The notes under the pieces: model-generated | What the model was told of the DNA's origin: nothing | Database searches by the model: none | What the model saw: only the letters and a program-made list of their open reading frames with translations | Made by a program: the position numbers and the translations under genes | In this document: positions 39,232 to 53,200 of the stretch, one piece after another | Numbering within the stretch: the first letter of the stretch is position 1 | Layout: every line of letters begins with the position of its first letter | Assembly (NCBI GenBank): GCA_964247055.1 | Contig: OZ176050.1 | Span: 6,696,001-6,760,000 of the forward strand | Source: Paragordius varius | Taxonomy: Eukaryota; Animalia; Nematomorpha | Reading direction: 5' to 3' | Length of the DNA stretch: 64,000 bases

Positions 39232-40572
39232 TTATGAGATTTTCCGCCGTTTTGTTTGTAAATGTAATGTTTGAGTGTGCGTGTGGCGTGGAAAAAAATA
39301 ATCAAATAGTTTAAGGAGAAGCCAATCGACAAGCATAATAAATGCAAACAATTTTCCACAAATCGGTCCCAAACTAAGGTAAGTTCGTAATTTTTGAGAT
39401 AATGTTTTGCCTGGCCTCCTACTAACATGATTATATATGTCAAGTGTCCGTTTGGCAATATCATCCCAACGATAAGATTGCTTAACAAACGCGTGACATT
39501 CGTGGGGTGTAGGGAACATATCTGCTGTCATTTTTCCACCACCCCTTAATTTATCAATGGTATGGCAAAGGCCCGAAACAATAGATTCAACATTTGGTTC
39601 AACTAAAGTCATAAACTTTGGGGGCAAAACTTCAGGAATACCGCCAACGCGAGTGGAGACAACATGTAAACCACATGAACATGCTTCAAGGATAGCCATA
39701 CAAAATGCTTCAGTAAGCGATGTATTTAAAAATATGTGACCACGCTTCAGAATTTCGGGCACCTTGACGCACGGGACTTCACCCAACATTTCTACTCGTG
39801 AGTCAAGTTGATAAGCCTCTTTCATTTCTTCCAATTCAAGGCGTTTAGGCCCGTTTCCACCAATGATGAAATTAACATTGGTATAAAGCCGGCAAATTTT
39901 AGGAATGACTTGAGTCAAAAGGTTTATCCCTTTACGATAAACCAAACGGCACATTACGACAATGTAAATAATGGATGTGGTGTCAGTATCGTTCGGAAAA
40001 ATGGATGCATTATTAATTGGTCGAAAGTGTTTTATATCAATAGCGTTTGGAATGACTGAGATTTTATCAGCAGCAATATCTGCCCGTAACACAGTATTTT
40101 GTTTGCTGGTATGTGAGACACAAATGATATGATTGCAATTACATAGCGTAATTTTGAGCAATTGATTCGTTATTATGGATGAGGCGTCGGCAAAACCAAT
40201 CAAAGAATGTTCGGTGAACACCGTTTTAAGATTTAATAAATTGGCGTGACTAAGCGCTTCCAAAGCTAAAGCAGAAAAAGCTGAATGCCCGTGCACAATA
40301 TCAATTTTTTCGGTAATGAGGATATTTCGGATGTGCCAGGCACTTGCATATAGTGTAGGTAATATACAGGAGTTATAAAATGGCAATAAGGGTATATAAT
40401 AAACCTTAATATTTTTAACGTAATGGATTCCTTGTAAATTTCCATAGCAATGTGTAATCATAATTACTTTTAATCCTAATAGGATTAAGTGTTTGGATAA
40501 TTGAAAAATATGATTTTCGACGCCACCCATATTTGGGTAAAAGAAATCAGAAACCATGCAAACATTATGCAT
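39232..40572 (-). CDS. PIGA: GPI-GlcNAc transferase catalytic subunit PIG-A/GPI3, single exon, 446 aa
   Basis: N-terminal CMVSDFFYPNMGGVENHIFQLS, HGHSAFS, VFTEHSL, RLVYRKG, GT4 motif NTSLTEAFCMAILEA, C-terminal hydrophobic segment. Confidence 0.97.
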   Translation of the reverse strand: MHNVCMVSDFFYPNMGGVENHIFQLSKHLILLGLKVIMITHCYGNLQGIHYVKNIKVYYIPLLPFYNSCILPTLYASAWHIRNILITEKIDIVHGHSAFSALALEALSHANLLNLKTVFTEHSLIGFADASSIITNQLLKITLCNCNHIICVSHTSKQNTVLRADIAADKISVIPNAIDIKHFRPINNASIFPNDTDTTSIIYIVVMCRLVYRKGINLLTQVIPKICRLYTNVNFIIGGNGPKRLELEEMKEAYQLDSRVEMLGEVPCVKVPEILKRGHIFLNTSLTEAFCMAILEACSCGLHVVSTRVGGIPEVLPPKFMTLVEPNVESIVSGLCHTIDKLRGGGKMTADMFPTPHECHAFVKQSYRWDDIAKRTLDIYNHVSRRPGKTLSQKLRTYLSLGPICGKLFAFIMLVDWLLLKLFDYFFPRHTHTQTLHLQTKRRKIS

Positions 40573-41032
40573 AAAAATATTTTTGACTAGAGAAAATGAT
40601 TGTGTTTGATGGGTTGAATATTAGAAAATATAGAATAAATATGTTAAGCCCACCTGATAAACACACTGATAACATAGAACAAGTATATATTTATAATTAA
40701 TCATAGATAAGTAGATACATAACCTTTTTAAATGAGGAATTGAGCCTCATCCCGGATAATTGGGAAAAATTATCAAAGCAAATAAGTTAAAATGATTTAA
40801 TAATAGAATTAAAGAAGCGATATAATTATACTGTACAAAGCTATATGGTAAAAACAATAATTCTAATAAGTAGTGGCTGAAAATTGGATCTTTGATAGTT
40901 TTAGATGTGATACTATTGAGTTATCTTATTTGGGGTATTAGATGTATAATAATAATAAAGATATTCTGTTTTAATCGACTAAATTTTTAAAATACTGAAA
41001 AAACAAATGAAACACATTTTTTGGTTAAAACC
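40573..41032. promoter_or_regulatory. Probable bidirectional promoter and 5' UTR region between PIGA and NOP14
   Basis: Only 460 bp between divergent start codons. Positional inference; no specific motif identified. Confidence 0.5.
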
Positions 41033-44000
41033 ATGCATAAATCAGTAAAGAATAAATTCAGCCGTAAAAAAATAAAAAAAGTTATTGAACGCAAGAATAA
41101 ACCGTTGTTCGAGAAAAAAAATTTATTTGAGCAAGCATCCCATAAGAAAACATCCAAACATAGCGCTGGAACTCCGAACGAATCTCTTGATAAAAATATT
41201 AAAAAACTTATCGCACAAAAAAAGGTTTCCTTAAATATTTATATGATAGAAATTATATACCAAATCCATCTACAATATTGAAAATAATAATGAGGAAGAT
41301 AATGACCAATTTTCACTCAAAAAAGATTACAAGTTTAATGATCGTACCAATGAAGAAATTGATGGTTATTTTTTATGATAATTATAGCACACTTTGTGTC
41401 CAAATTTCATTTTGGTGGATTAAATGATGAGGAACCTAAACAAACGCGCAAAGATTTTTTGCAGGAAATGATTCATTTTAGCAAAAAAGAAAAGGTATAT
41501 TTATAAGGATTTTTACCATTAGCTCAGTAGTCATTTATTCACGATAAAACTAAAATTTCATTATTAAAAACCATAAAATTATGTCATATAAAAGATATAA
41601 AACACCGTAGGCTTCCGCACACGATGATTCTCTAGTCATCTTCTCTGTCTATCAAATTTTTTTTATCATTTTGTAATTTTATTATTTATTGAACAAAAAA
41701 GTCAACTTGAAATTTTTAAGGACCAATTTGAAGTGTCAAGGACCAACTTGAGGTGTAAGGACACTCTTGAAGTGCAAATGGTATAATATTTAGTAAAATT
41801 TCATTCACTTTGTATCAAAACAATAGGCTATTCCTTAATTTAAAAAATTCAAATGAATATAGAACTATTTGATTGAAAAGTTATGGGAACCGGAACCCAT
41901 TATATTTTGGCAAAACATTTGATGGATATGGAACCGTAACTATTTTAAACCTGATCATTAAAATTCTTTATTTATTTGGTCGTCTTTAATTTATTTTAAA
42001 CATGGTAAAAAATATATCGAAAAGAAAATATGCAAGGCTATAATAATTAATAGTTAATAATACCCTATCAACATTGAATGTTAATTCAGTCCATAGTTTA
42101 TGTTCATTGAGAACTCTCATAAGCAAAAATATACGTGTTTTTTTAAATTTCACTGTTAAATTTGTCAATTCAGTCCATATATATAAACGAGAACCCTTAT
42201 TACGAGCAAGAATATACCTATAATATTAAATAACGTAAATTCTTTTAAAATTTTCGTGTATAGCATGAAAAACAGAAAGAAAAAGAGGCTTTGGAAAATG
42301 TGCGAAATGATTTGGATTTAATGTGGAAGGAATTACGAACTTTTGTCAAACCGCCAGATGCTAAAAAAGAAATTGATCGTAAGTTAGATAATGGTTTAAA
42401 CATTTTTTTGGATTTATTAAGTGTATAAAAATGTTGTTATTAATTAAATGGCTATAAAAATCTGATTTATTTTTTCAAATAGTTGAAATTTTACTAAAAA
42501 CGTTAGTTTATATTGCTTAGATGGATATTTGTGTAAAATATATTTTTCTGATTTTAATTGATGAACTGTCGATTAGATATAAATCATATCCGATCAACAA
42601 TAAATATCAAAATAATTTTTTTAACAAAACTATGGTCATATATAATTTTTCTACTCGCATTTAAATCACATGGAAATAAATTTCTAATCCTTTTTTGGAA
42701 TATATTCTATTATTTTAGTATTAATTCAATTATCCTATATGGCTAATTTTATATCGATACTTCATCAATCTTATTTAAAAGAAGAAATATTTAATAAAAT
42801 GTATATAAATTTAGACCGTTATAAATTAATTAATTAATTTTAGATGAAGCATACATATTATAAATGATGTTATATTCTTTAATACTTTTTTACAAAACTT
42901 TTATATTATAGGTGATTTAATTGAAAATCATCCCAAAACTATTATACCAGAAAAAGTGGAGTCATACGATATGATATTTCGAGATTTGCAGTTTAACACT
43001 AGGACACGAACACAAGTATTACTTCGAATAATAGAATATTTTTTAACGTTTTATTTATCTTTTTGCCTTTATTTAAATATATAATATAAAAAAATTTAAT
43101 TGTAGGGCTAATGAATCTTTATGCAATGACGCAAAAATATGAAAAAAAATAGAAATTTTATTGAATAATTCTAAAATTATCTTTTCAATCTGTAATTTAA
43201 AGGGATTCGGAAATTTTTTTTGTCATTATTATATTTTAATGTTACAACCTACTATATAATTTATATTATAATGTGCATAATAGACTAATCCACATTTTTA
43301 ATGCTTATTATTTTTTCCATGAGATAGGATAAAGAAAATAAGAATCCAATTGAGCCACCGGTTCTAGATAAAGAAAGCACTAAACAACATGTTAAAAATA
43401 CTGTAAGCTTTAGTTATTCAGCTGATGCATTAACAACCATGGATCAAGAGTGCGTATTATACATAATATATTTTTTGTTTGAATGTTGCAGATTTGATCA
43501 ACATTTTATAATCGTATGTATGATTTTAGTATTAATTAGTCATAATACACCTAATATAAAAATATTAATTTAATGTCTAATTCCAATATAATATTAATAT
43601 TTTTAGGAATTATAGTAATAAAAAGGCAACACACAACAAGCAAAATCTAAAAGGTGATAATGAACCAAATGATATAGAGGATAGCGAGTTAGAAGAAGAA
43701 AAGGAATTTATGTTAACGTATAATTTGGAGGGAGATCTCATTGATAACAAAGGCGTTTTTGAACGCATAAATATGAGTGAGTTGCAAAATTGCAATGCTG
43801 TAATTAGCGAACGACATTTTAAGTTTTTTTACAACCCATTTTATGCACTGCCTTGTAAGGATGAACAATCTACAATGGTATTGCTTTCTTTTATTTGGTT
43901 AAAATTATTTTTATTGATAATTTAAAGTAGTTTTTGTTGTATGTATAATAATTTTTTTTAATTTTATCATAAAATTATTGTCGTTTAATTTCAAATAAAG

Positions 44001-47000
44001 GCGAAAAAAATTTATTGCTAGTTAACACATAAACATATTATGTGCATAGCGTATTTAGAGTTGTAGTTTATTTCTACCCCCTTATAACGTTTTTTTACAA
44101 AAGGCATCATTAATATAAAATTATTGCATAAAATTTACGGAAAATACTTTATTTTAGGACCAAATTAATATGGATTTTACGCAATTTTCTCAACAATTAT
44201 ATTCCCATGTCCATGACACGACACTAGAGTCAAGAGTTGATCTTGCCATACAAGAATTCATTAATTCCTATCTTAAAAATTTACCCAAATCTAATCACCC
44301 TACATCCGATAATAAAAACATATCATCGTTTCACCAATCGCCGACAACTACATTACTGGTTCAATGTACTAAATGCATACATTTCACCACACAATATATT
44401 ATACTGTCCATATTTAGCCATGCATTAGAAAACACATGTGCAAAATTGTCTATAGAAAAAAATGAAACCCTGAAAGATAATATTTTATCAACCCAAATAT
44501 TGTCCCTACAAGTATGTCAACAATTATTTGACACCACTTTTGTGACTTTATCTCACAAACATCCAAAAATCTTTGCAAATGCGTTTGCCATTATTCTTCT
44601 TACGTTAGCTAAACATTTCTTTGATACTGACAGTAAACACCTTAACCTTGTAACCAATGTTAATAAGAGCCAAGAAAAAAAATTTGTACATGCAATAAAA
44701 AATATATTTTTTTATGGCCAAACAAATGCACAATGGTGTGAAAAACGTGACCAACAAAAATTTTTGGGAGTTTGGGTAAGGTACAAAGACTCAATCCCGA
44801 CATTTTATACGGTAATTATATTGTATTTATTTAATATCATTATTAATCTGAAAAAAAAATAATTTAAGTCGTTATTAGGTTAAATATTACAAAGGTGTTT
44901 CAAAAAAAAGAAAATATGAATTCATATTTCATTTTATAATAAATTTAAGAGATTTTATTAGCTTTTTTAATTGTTACAATGTTATTTTATACACATTATT
45001 TAGACCATTTTGTTGCACGCTATGTTAAATTCCAAAGTGGATGTTTTAAAACACGAACCCAACCTTGAGTCATTATCCTATAGATTGATTGATTACATAT
45101 TCCAGCAACACATATTGGGACCAAAATGTCGGATACTTTTTTTGGCTGAAAATCAAATGCATACTAACAGTGTTATCCAAAAATATATTGCAAACTTTCA
45201 TAACGATATAACTACCTCTTTATCCCGTTGCGGATTGTCTTTGGTTCAAAGATTAATTTATTTAACAAAATGTAGTCAGGAACGTCAATCTGTACATAAT
45301 GTACCATCTGTTTGGCAATTTTTTGAGACACTTTTTCTCAAATGTGATTTATCAATCAATAGTCCAGTACGAAGCACATCTTTTCCCATTCTGTTTAACC
45401 GCATTAATAATAATGGTGATCCAGTTGGAGAGATAGTTAGCTACGAATCTTTGTCTATTTCAATTTTAAATACTTTGCAACAATATATGAACGCTGGTGA
45501 AAGTCTAAAAACTGTAATACCTACCGCATTATCTCAGTCATTACAGGAAATGCTTGGGAAAATGAATAAAAAAGATGCAGATAGCCCTATAACAGTATTT
45601 TTTATAAATTCATGTATTTTACAGAATATTATATATATATAAATTTTAATATATATGTTTGAATATGATATTATACCATTAAGTTGATCAATAACCTAAA
45701 TTTTGGTTAACAAATCGGCTAATTTTTGCAAACAAAATCATGGTTTTCTGTTCATATTATACAGCCTCATAATTGCGATATTTTTTTTATAATTAATTAC
45801 CAATTGTTACACAAATGATATTTAAAAGTAAATATTACTTAATTTTTTTTAAAATTAACTTCCGCGCGTCATATTATGTATTTTTGATGGAATCATATTG
45901 TAAATACTTGCTTACTATACTTTATGTATGTTTTAAGGCCTTATTAAACGCTATGATTCAATCACTTACCGTTTCCATAACTGAAGAGAAGCTATCATAT
46001 GATTCGTTAAAAAGGTTAAAATCCAAAATGTCAAACAGTAAGCAAAAACACCACATGTCAGAAACTTCAAGTCAACAAACCATTAAGCAACAAAATAATA
46101 ATATAAAACGACCCCTTTTATTAGATCCACTTATTTATTGTTATGGCAAAAGAGATAACTTTGCTACCAACCAAATACAGGCTTTAGAAAATACTTTGTC
46201 TTTCAAACACGTCGGTGGTAAAAGAAAGGCTAGGAAATTACGGAATTTAGAACATGATATTTCTCGTATAGATGGGCTAGCGGCCCAAGTCAAAGCAAAT
46301 AGCAAAAACAGCAAAGGTTTACTTCTTGCACAGAATTTGATTTTTTAACAGATCAGTAACTCTCCCTTAAAATGAATGATATGTGTCATGAATTTTTTAT
46401 TTAAACAGGCTTATAAAATAATTAGCATATGCGGGCAATCACCTACTCTTTGATTTTAGAATCTATTTTTTAAAAGAAAATTGTTTATATTTACATTTCT
46501 ACCAACTTACTAATTGATTTTACATTTAATGAGTCAAAAACTATTAACTTTTTTTAAAATGAGAAGCGAGTCCACTAATAAAATTATTTTCCCATTCATA
46601 TTGTTTGTTATAGGAAACAATAATGCTAGTCAAAAAACTTTTGTCACCATGGACAGATTGAATAAATTAAAAATTAAAACACAGCAAGAACAACGAAAGA
46701 TGTTGGCTCACATTTATAAACGGGATATAAAAACGGCTCGTAAACGGTTACGCAATGAAGCACAAATGAATGCTTCCACACAAATTCAGGATAGATTATC
46801 ACGGTTTTTATTTATTAAATTATTATAAAAATTCTAATTTTAATTAATATTTTTGATTCCTGATTTTTTCCATAAAACCTATATAATTATGATTGTGTCT
46901 GCTGCCAAGGTTTTATTATATGTATCTTTTTATTGTTATTTGTTAATTTAGTTTTTACTATATCCAGAAATTCAAGAAAAAATTATATCATTTGAAATAT

Positions 47001-47106
47001 TTATATTTTTAGGGATATGGAACGAAAGAACAAAGTTAAAAATTTATACTCTATCCTTGCAAACCAAGAGGGAGAGGTCAAAGCTTTACGGAAAAGGAAG
47101 TTATAG
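41033..47106 (+). CDS. NOP14: Nucleolar protein 14 (SSU processome), 12 exons
   Basis: Exons 41033-41224, 41250-41364, 41388-41494, 42264-42378, 42912-43015, 43328-43449, 43607-43877, 44158-44775, 45004-45594, 45938-46316, 46614-46803, 47013-47106, all phase-compatible. Motifs: HFGG..E..K.TRKDFLQEMI.FSKKEK, ESYDMIFRDL, and the family C-terminus ERKNKVKNLYSILANQEGEVKALRKRKL*. Confidence 0.88.
41225..41249 (+). other. 25-nt GT-AG micro-intron (NOP14 intron 1)
   Basis: GTTTCCTTAAATATTTATATGATAG; removal joins AQKK to KLYTKSIYNIE; retention shifts frame to a stop at 41281. Confidence 0.8.
41365..41387 (+). other. 23-nt GT-AG micro-intron (NOP14 intron 2)
   Basis: GTTATTTTTTATGATAATTATAG; removal restores the conserved HFGG motif in frame; unspliced reading hits TGA. 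Confidence 0.87.
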
Positions 47107-47238
47107 CTGCGATAATTTAAATTTTATGTTACATGATATTGGAAATAAATTACTGTAACGTATTTTTAATTAAATTTGATGGAAAGTCAAAATATCTTAA
47201 AAATATGTAATTGTTGAGATAGATTTTTAGGGTAAAAT

Positions 47239-50200
47239 TCATTCTTGTAAACTATTTTTCGTGTTCATTGAGGCGTTGTCATTGAGCATTGATTCTAAGA
47301 TTGCACTATATGAATTTAAAATAAATTTACCGTTGTTCTTCATTTAAAACAAAATGTGTTTTATTTTCTCCAGGTGCTGGATATGCTAAATATTCCCGAC
47401 ATAAATGCAAAGTGTTCTGATATTTGCACTCTAAATGAGTTTTAATAACCACCTAAAATAAATTTTAAAAAATTAAGTTGTTGAATATAATAAAATTATG
47501 AATTATAAACACATACTAATGCAAGATTAATATCAAAGTTTTTGACAGCTATACTCATGATTAATTCCAATGTTTCTGAACTGTAATGTTAAATTGATAT
47601 ATTTACAAATATATATATATATATATATATATATCGTTTAAAAAATACGAATAAAATACCTTAAATCATTTAGCAGTCGGGAATTTTCAAATTTATTCAT
47701 GAAAAATCTAACATTACATACAGGTAAAAAACTTGAGATCGTTGTAAGCGCCACACTTAACCAATATAAGGATAATGTCTTCAAACATCATTTCATAACT
47801 ATGAAACATTAACATAAATTTTACATCATTTTACCAATAATTATATATTTAAGATATATATAGCCTTTCAAACTAATAAGTCACTTTTTGAATAATATCA
47901 CAATTAATAACTAGTATATCAACATATAAAACAGGATAAAACACCCAAATAAGAATAAGATTATTTATTAAAGCGTTAGACCTGTGGAATAGTCGAATAA
48001 ACATATTTTTCTGTAAAGACTCAGTGATAAAGTGTAAGGACACAAAAATTAAATATAAATGAATTATAAACAACAAACCTTGTCTTAAGTATAGTGGATA
48101 AAAATATTTAACATTAAACTAATATTTGAGACAAATGTCATATATAAGCGTCATAAAGGTAAACAAAGCTGGTAATTTATACAAAATAAAAGTTAATAAA
48201 ATTATGGTACATACGCCTTCTCATAAAGTTTAAGTTGTTTGGCAGCAAATTTTCCAGACATAATTTCAAGAGTTGATGGTTTTTCCAAACTTTTTGCATA
48301 ACTATCCAAAGTTTTTATAATGTTTTGCGTAACGGTGTGAAAAGCTTCTTTTATCTTCATGAATGAAAAAAAAGTATTTAATAATAAAAATTAAATAAAC
48401 TTCATGGAATTTCATCTCGTTAATGGGTCCCATTTGTATTTCCGGTCTAAAGAAAAAAATATAATTATTTGGTTTAAAATTATGTAAAAGTGGTAATGCT
48501 AAAAATTACGTTATATATTTTGGAAATAAACAAAATAAATAACTAAACGCTAAAAAATGGAAAGCGAAAATAGACTTCTATGAATCCAAAGTATAAAAAT
48601 TAAAAGAATAAAATCGGAAATCTATTTTGTATTTAATTACAATATTTTCCTGTTTATTTTGTTAAAATATTTCTTCAATTATCAAAAATATTTGGAGCAA
48701 ATCAAAATTAGCTAATTTTAATTTTTTTCTAATAATAAAATAATTATGGTCTGTATCATAAAAGACCTGTTAAAAGCAAAATATAATTAAAAATTTATAC
48801 TTAAGCATCGCTAAATTAAATTTGAAATATAGCTTGAATGGCGTCGAAAAAACAAATATGCTACAAAATTAAAAAACCATTTATTTAATATATTTATACA
48901 TTTCGCCACTTCGATAAATACCACTAATAACATACTTTTCTGAAACATTATCCGAAATATCATGTGGTTTAAAAGGATTTTTATAATGATCCATTCCAAA
49001 CAAACAATTTTTTATGCCAGGGACTACGAGTTTAAATAAATCTCTGTTGGCCAAAACGTATCGATCATCTAAAAGATTTCCTGTTGCACTAATGAACACG
49101 CAAAATAAAAAATACTTATTATATATGGTTTTTACTAATATTTTTAAATTAAATTTTGAACAGAATTCAATTAAGTTTAAAATTGTAAATTTTTATATTT
49201 TAATGATACATATGACAATTTACGCCGTTTTAACAAATGTAAATGACTTTATATCCGACTAAAATGGTGGAAATCAGAATAAATCTAAGCAATATAATTG
49301 AGTTAGCAACAAAATTAACCTATAGGTAGTTATAAAGAAATTAATCGTACAATTAGTATTGGTAAGAATAGTAAAAAACCTTGGTGGTGGATCGTTGATA
49401 TCATAGAAAAATCCGTAAAGTTTTAGATCACTCCAGAATCGTAACATAAATTGCGAAAATTCGATAAATTCTTCAATGCTACGTAAAATATAAATTTATA
49501 TATAATAAATTAATTTAATTAAAGATACTAATTAAAACCTAAGAAATAAAAACTATTTAATTAACAAAAATTATATATACTTTGAAGTGATTGGTGTGGA
49601 CGGATTATATTGTTTTTGTTGTTGATCCAAAACTTTTTGAAGCTGAGTTTCATCTTGTATGTTTGAACTGTAAGTCAATTGAGGTGCATATTGATTGTGA
49701 TGTTTACCGAAATAACGGAAAAACTCGCGTAATAACCCAAACTCCAAACAAAATTCCTGTATCATAAGATATATACCATTTACACCTCAAAATTACCTTA
49801 AAGCAATTCAATTCACTTTAAAAATAAATTGTGTTTTCAGGCTTATATAACTTATCATTAATATGAAATATCTCTTTCTGGCATGTTTTATTATTTTTTT
49901 CAGTATTATGGTATTGTTCAAGGGTGAATTGAGGTGTAAATGGTATACATAAATAAATATACGGTATAAGATCGTTCATATATGTTATGTATATATTTAA
50001 CGTAAAAAATGACAAACGTACTTTTAGGATGGTTAAATAAAGTTGTTACCTATGATTATAAAAAACTAGTTATATTACAAAATAAAAATTTATATAATGA
50101 ATTAATAATTTCACATATTATAAAATTTTTAATTGGGCAATGTTGGCCTGAAAAAACAGTAGGTAAGTAAGATTCAGGGCTTCAGATTTGGAGTTTTCTG

Positions 50201-53200
50201 GCCACGAAGCAATTCCCGCCATAACTTACGATCTTTACATTGTTCTGTCGTAATACTTTGATTCATGTCCATTTTTATATTATCGGTATAGAGTGGTCGC
50301 CCCTTTCTTCTTTTGTCTGTTTTCAACAGTTTTTAAAGGGTGGGTGGTGTCTCTCTTTTAAGTATAACCGTAGAGACGCAATCTATTAGCTTGGATGATA
50401 TAATCGATTTTATATTTTTTAATGAAAGTTTGTATTTCTGGTGTATAAAAGCAGCTTTTGAATATTCGGCTTTCACTAATTAGGAGTTTTGTTTAATGCC
50501 CAAGTTTTAGAACCGGTAAGAGCTGGTCTTATTGCTTTGTAAAGATATCATTCATTATTATTGTTTTGTTTTATGTAAAACAAAACATATTTTAACTGAA
50601 TATATTTTATCCAACCATGTTGTATTCTTCTTTCAATAGCCTTTTGTAGGCTGCCCTGAGATGATATAACATCTCCTAAATAAACAAAGAGTCTACCAAT
50701 TCGATATTATGACCATCAATGTTAAATAACTTTAGAATTATAATTATTATTACTGGGGTTTAAACAATATAAACATTAAAAATTTATTGCATTTGTTAAT
50801 TGCCTTTTATGTTAGAGCACTTTTTGTGTACCCATTTGACATGATATGCATTTAATGGAATTTGAACGTACTTCCTTACTGCAAATAGAGCAGAGGTATC
50901 TGGGTGTTTCACTTTCATCCGTTATCATTATTTTTGTTTTTGTGGGGTTTCTAACCATTTTATATTGCTCTAGGCATTTTTCAACTTGGTTTTGTTATTT
51001 ACAAGTTGATCCCATGATCGTGTCGTTATCAAGAGGTCGCCGGCAAATAACATTTCCCAAGGGCACTCGGTTCTTATGTCTTGCGTTGCCGCATCCATTA
51101 TAGTAATGATGAAGAGGGGCTTGGGACACCTTGATGTAGTCCAGCGTTTGTAGAAGTTGCTTGTATTGCCGATATTGGTTCTAATGTTGGTTGTTGTATT
51201 TTTATAAAATAGTAATATGATTTGTATAGTATCCTCTATTCCGTTACACAGTGCCCATTAAATTGTGGAACGTGGTATTTGATCAAACGCACGTTCAGGA
51301 TTTACAATTTGTATCTTTTCCGGGTATTTTTCTTGTAAGTGTCTGAGCACAAACAAGGGATGTATTGTGCTATTGTTTGTACGGAATGCAACAGTATGGT
51401 AAAATATATTTTATAGCATATTAACTAATAACGATTTCAGGTTATGTGCTAATAAAATATAACCAAATTAACGGATTTGTAAATAATGAATTACGTTTGG
51501 TATTAATTTATCATAGGCGGCTATTACATTTCTCAATTGATCTCGTTTCAGCAATAAGCGGAAATAATTGATGCTAAATATTAATATAATAATTAATATA
51601 TACACTAGACAACAAATATTTCTGCCACTCGAGTTTTTGCATTTTTTGATATTTAGTATCATTCTAACAGTAAATCTGAAATAAAAATTATAACCCGATG
51701 GAAGAATTTTGTATAATTTGATTTTTTTGATTATGCGCCCTCTTTATCAAAATTTTACTAAAAAATGTTTTTCTTTGAAAATATACAAGTAATGCCCATT
51801 TGTAATATATCATTCGGTAATAAAAAATCTATAAAATGCATACTAATATGTATTACATCGACAGTTAATATTGGACACAAAGAGCGACAAACTCGCGAAG
51901 CGAGAGCACATTTTTTAATTATTATATTTTTAAAAATAATGGATGAAAATAGCAACTTTCTTTAATGGTGATGAATGTCCAAAAAAGATAACACAAGAAA
52001 GTTTTTTTGATTAAAACATTTTTTTATTGCTTTTATGTCACTCAAAACAGCCCTTTTTAAGTTTTTTGTTTTTTAAAAATTACCATCTCATCAATATTAA
52101 TTTATTTTCTTTACGAGGCTGATAATTTCGAAATTTTAAAGATAAAAACAAAGTTTAAGGTATTTTGATTATAGCCATTAGTAATAAATTTACAGTTATA
52201 ACTATGCATTTTAGTATCCACTAGGTAAAATATTTATGATAATAATAATTTTTATTAAAAAAGCAAACCAAAATTTTCAAACATTTTTTTTAAATTAAAT
52301 ACTAATATAACCCTAATAATTATATTAAAATTTTATATGATTTTCAAATTATTGTCTGTGAAAAGTCTTGACTTATTTAAGGATTGAAAACTTCGACCAT
52401 TTAAATCCAAATAACTTTTACATCCGAATGATTTATATGATTTACTACCAAGATACAGTTTTTTGCGCTCTTTCGAATGACATAAAAAACATGGCTTTAT
52501 ATCTAAAACTTTTAATTTTCGAAATTTCGAGTTTAATGTTAAATCGGGGCCAAAAATTATCGATAAACTCTAATATAAAAAAATTCTTGAATGCTAGACC
52601 AATTTACTTTTCAGATACACTAATTATGTACTTTAATGAAATAAATTTAAAATTTACAAGAATGGCAGTTAAAAAAAGTTAAAATTTGTTGTCTAGTGAC
52701 ATATATATATATTTATATATAATATATATGTCCTATTCTTTGGTTGTATTAAATAATCTTAAATTTTTTATAAATTATTACAAAAAACTCTGGCATAATC
52801 TCATGTATTTTATTAAATAGATATGCGTTTAAATATTAAAATTGTGCCCAACATTTTGCTATAATATAATTTTATTTTCAAAGATTGGTCTTACAAAAAT
52901 TGGCGATGATTATCTTCATGTCCAATCATATAACGATTATTATGGAGAAAATATGTATCCACCAAAGTATTGGCCAGGTTAACATCTTGAACATTGGTGT
53001 AACACTAATCATATAAAAAATGTGTTTTTATAGATTAATATATTTTAAACAGTGTCCATTTATTTAGAATTTAATTGTTTCTTTTATATATTGAATTAAA
53101 GCTATTATTTCTTACATATATATTTCAGATATTTTAAAAGAATTCGATAAACCAAATCAGAAATATATAATTAAATTTAAATGTTAGGTTTATTAATATA

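Noticed and set aside
39147-40059. ORFs 39147-39488, 39557-39739 and 39808-40059
   Set aside because: Alternative-frame or antisense shadows of PIGA.
41701-41790. Three 19-20 bp AAGGACCAACTTGAAGTGT units
   Set aside because: Internal repeats of a small TA-flanked element ending AAATGGTATA in a NOP14 intron.
50846-52682. ORFs 50846, 51758, 51765 and 52368 (and 60018) as genes
   Set aside because: Antisense to the LINE RT relic or inside the Tc1-like MITE copies.
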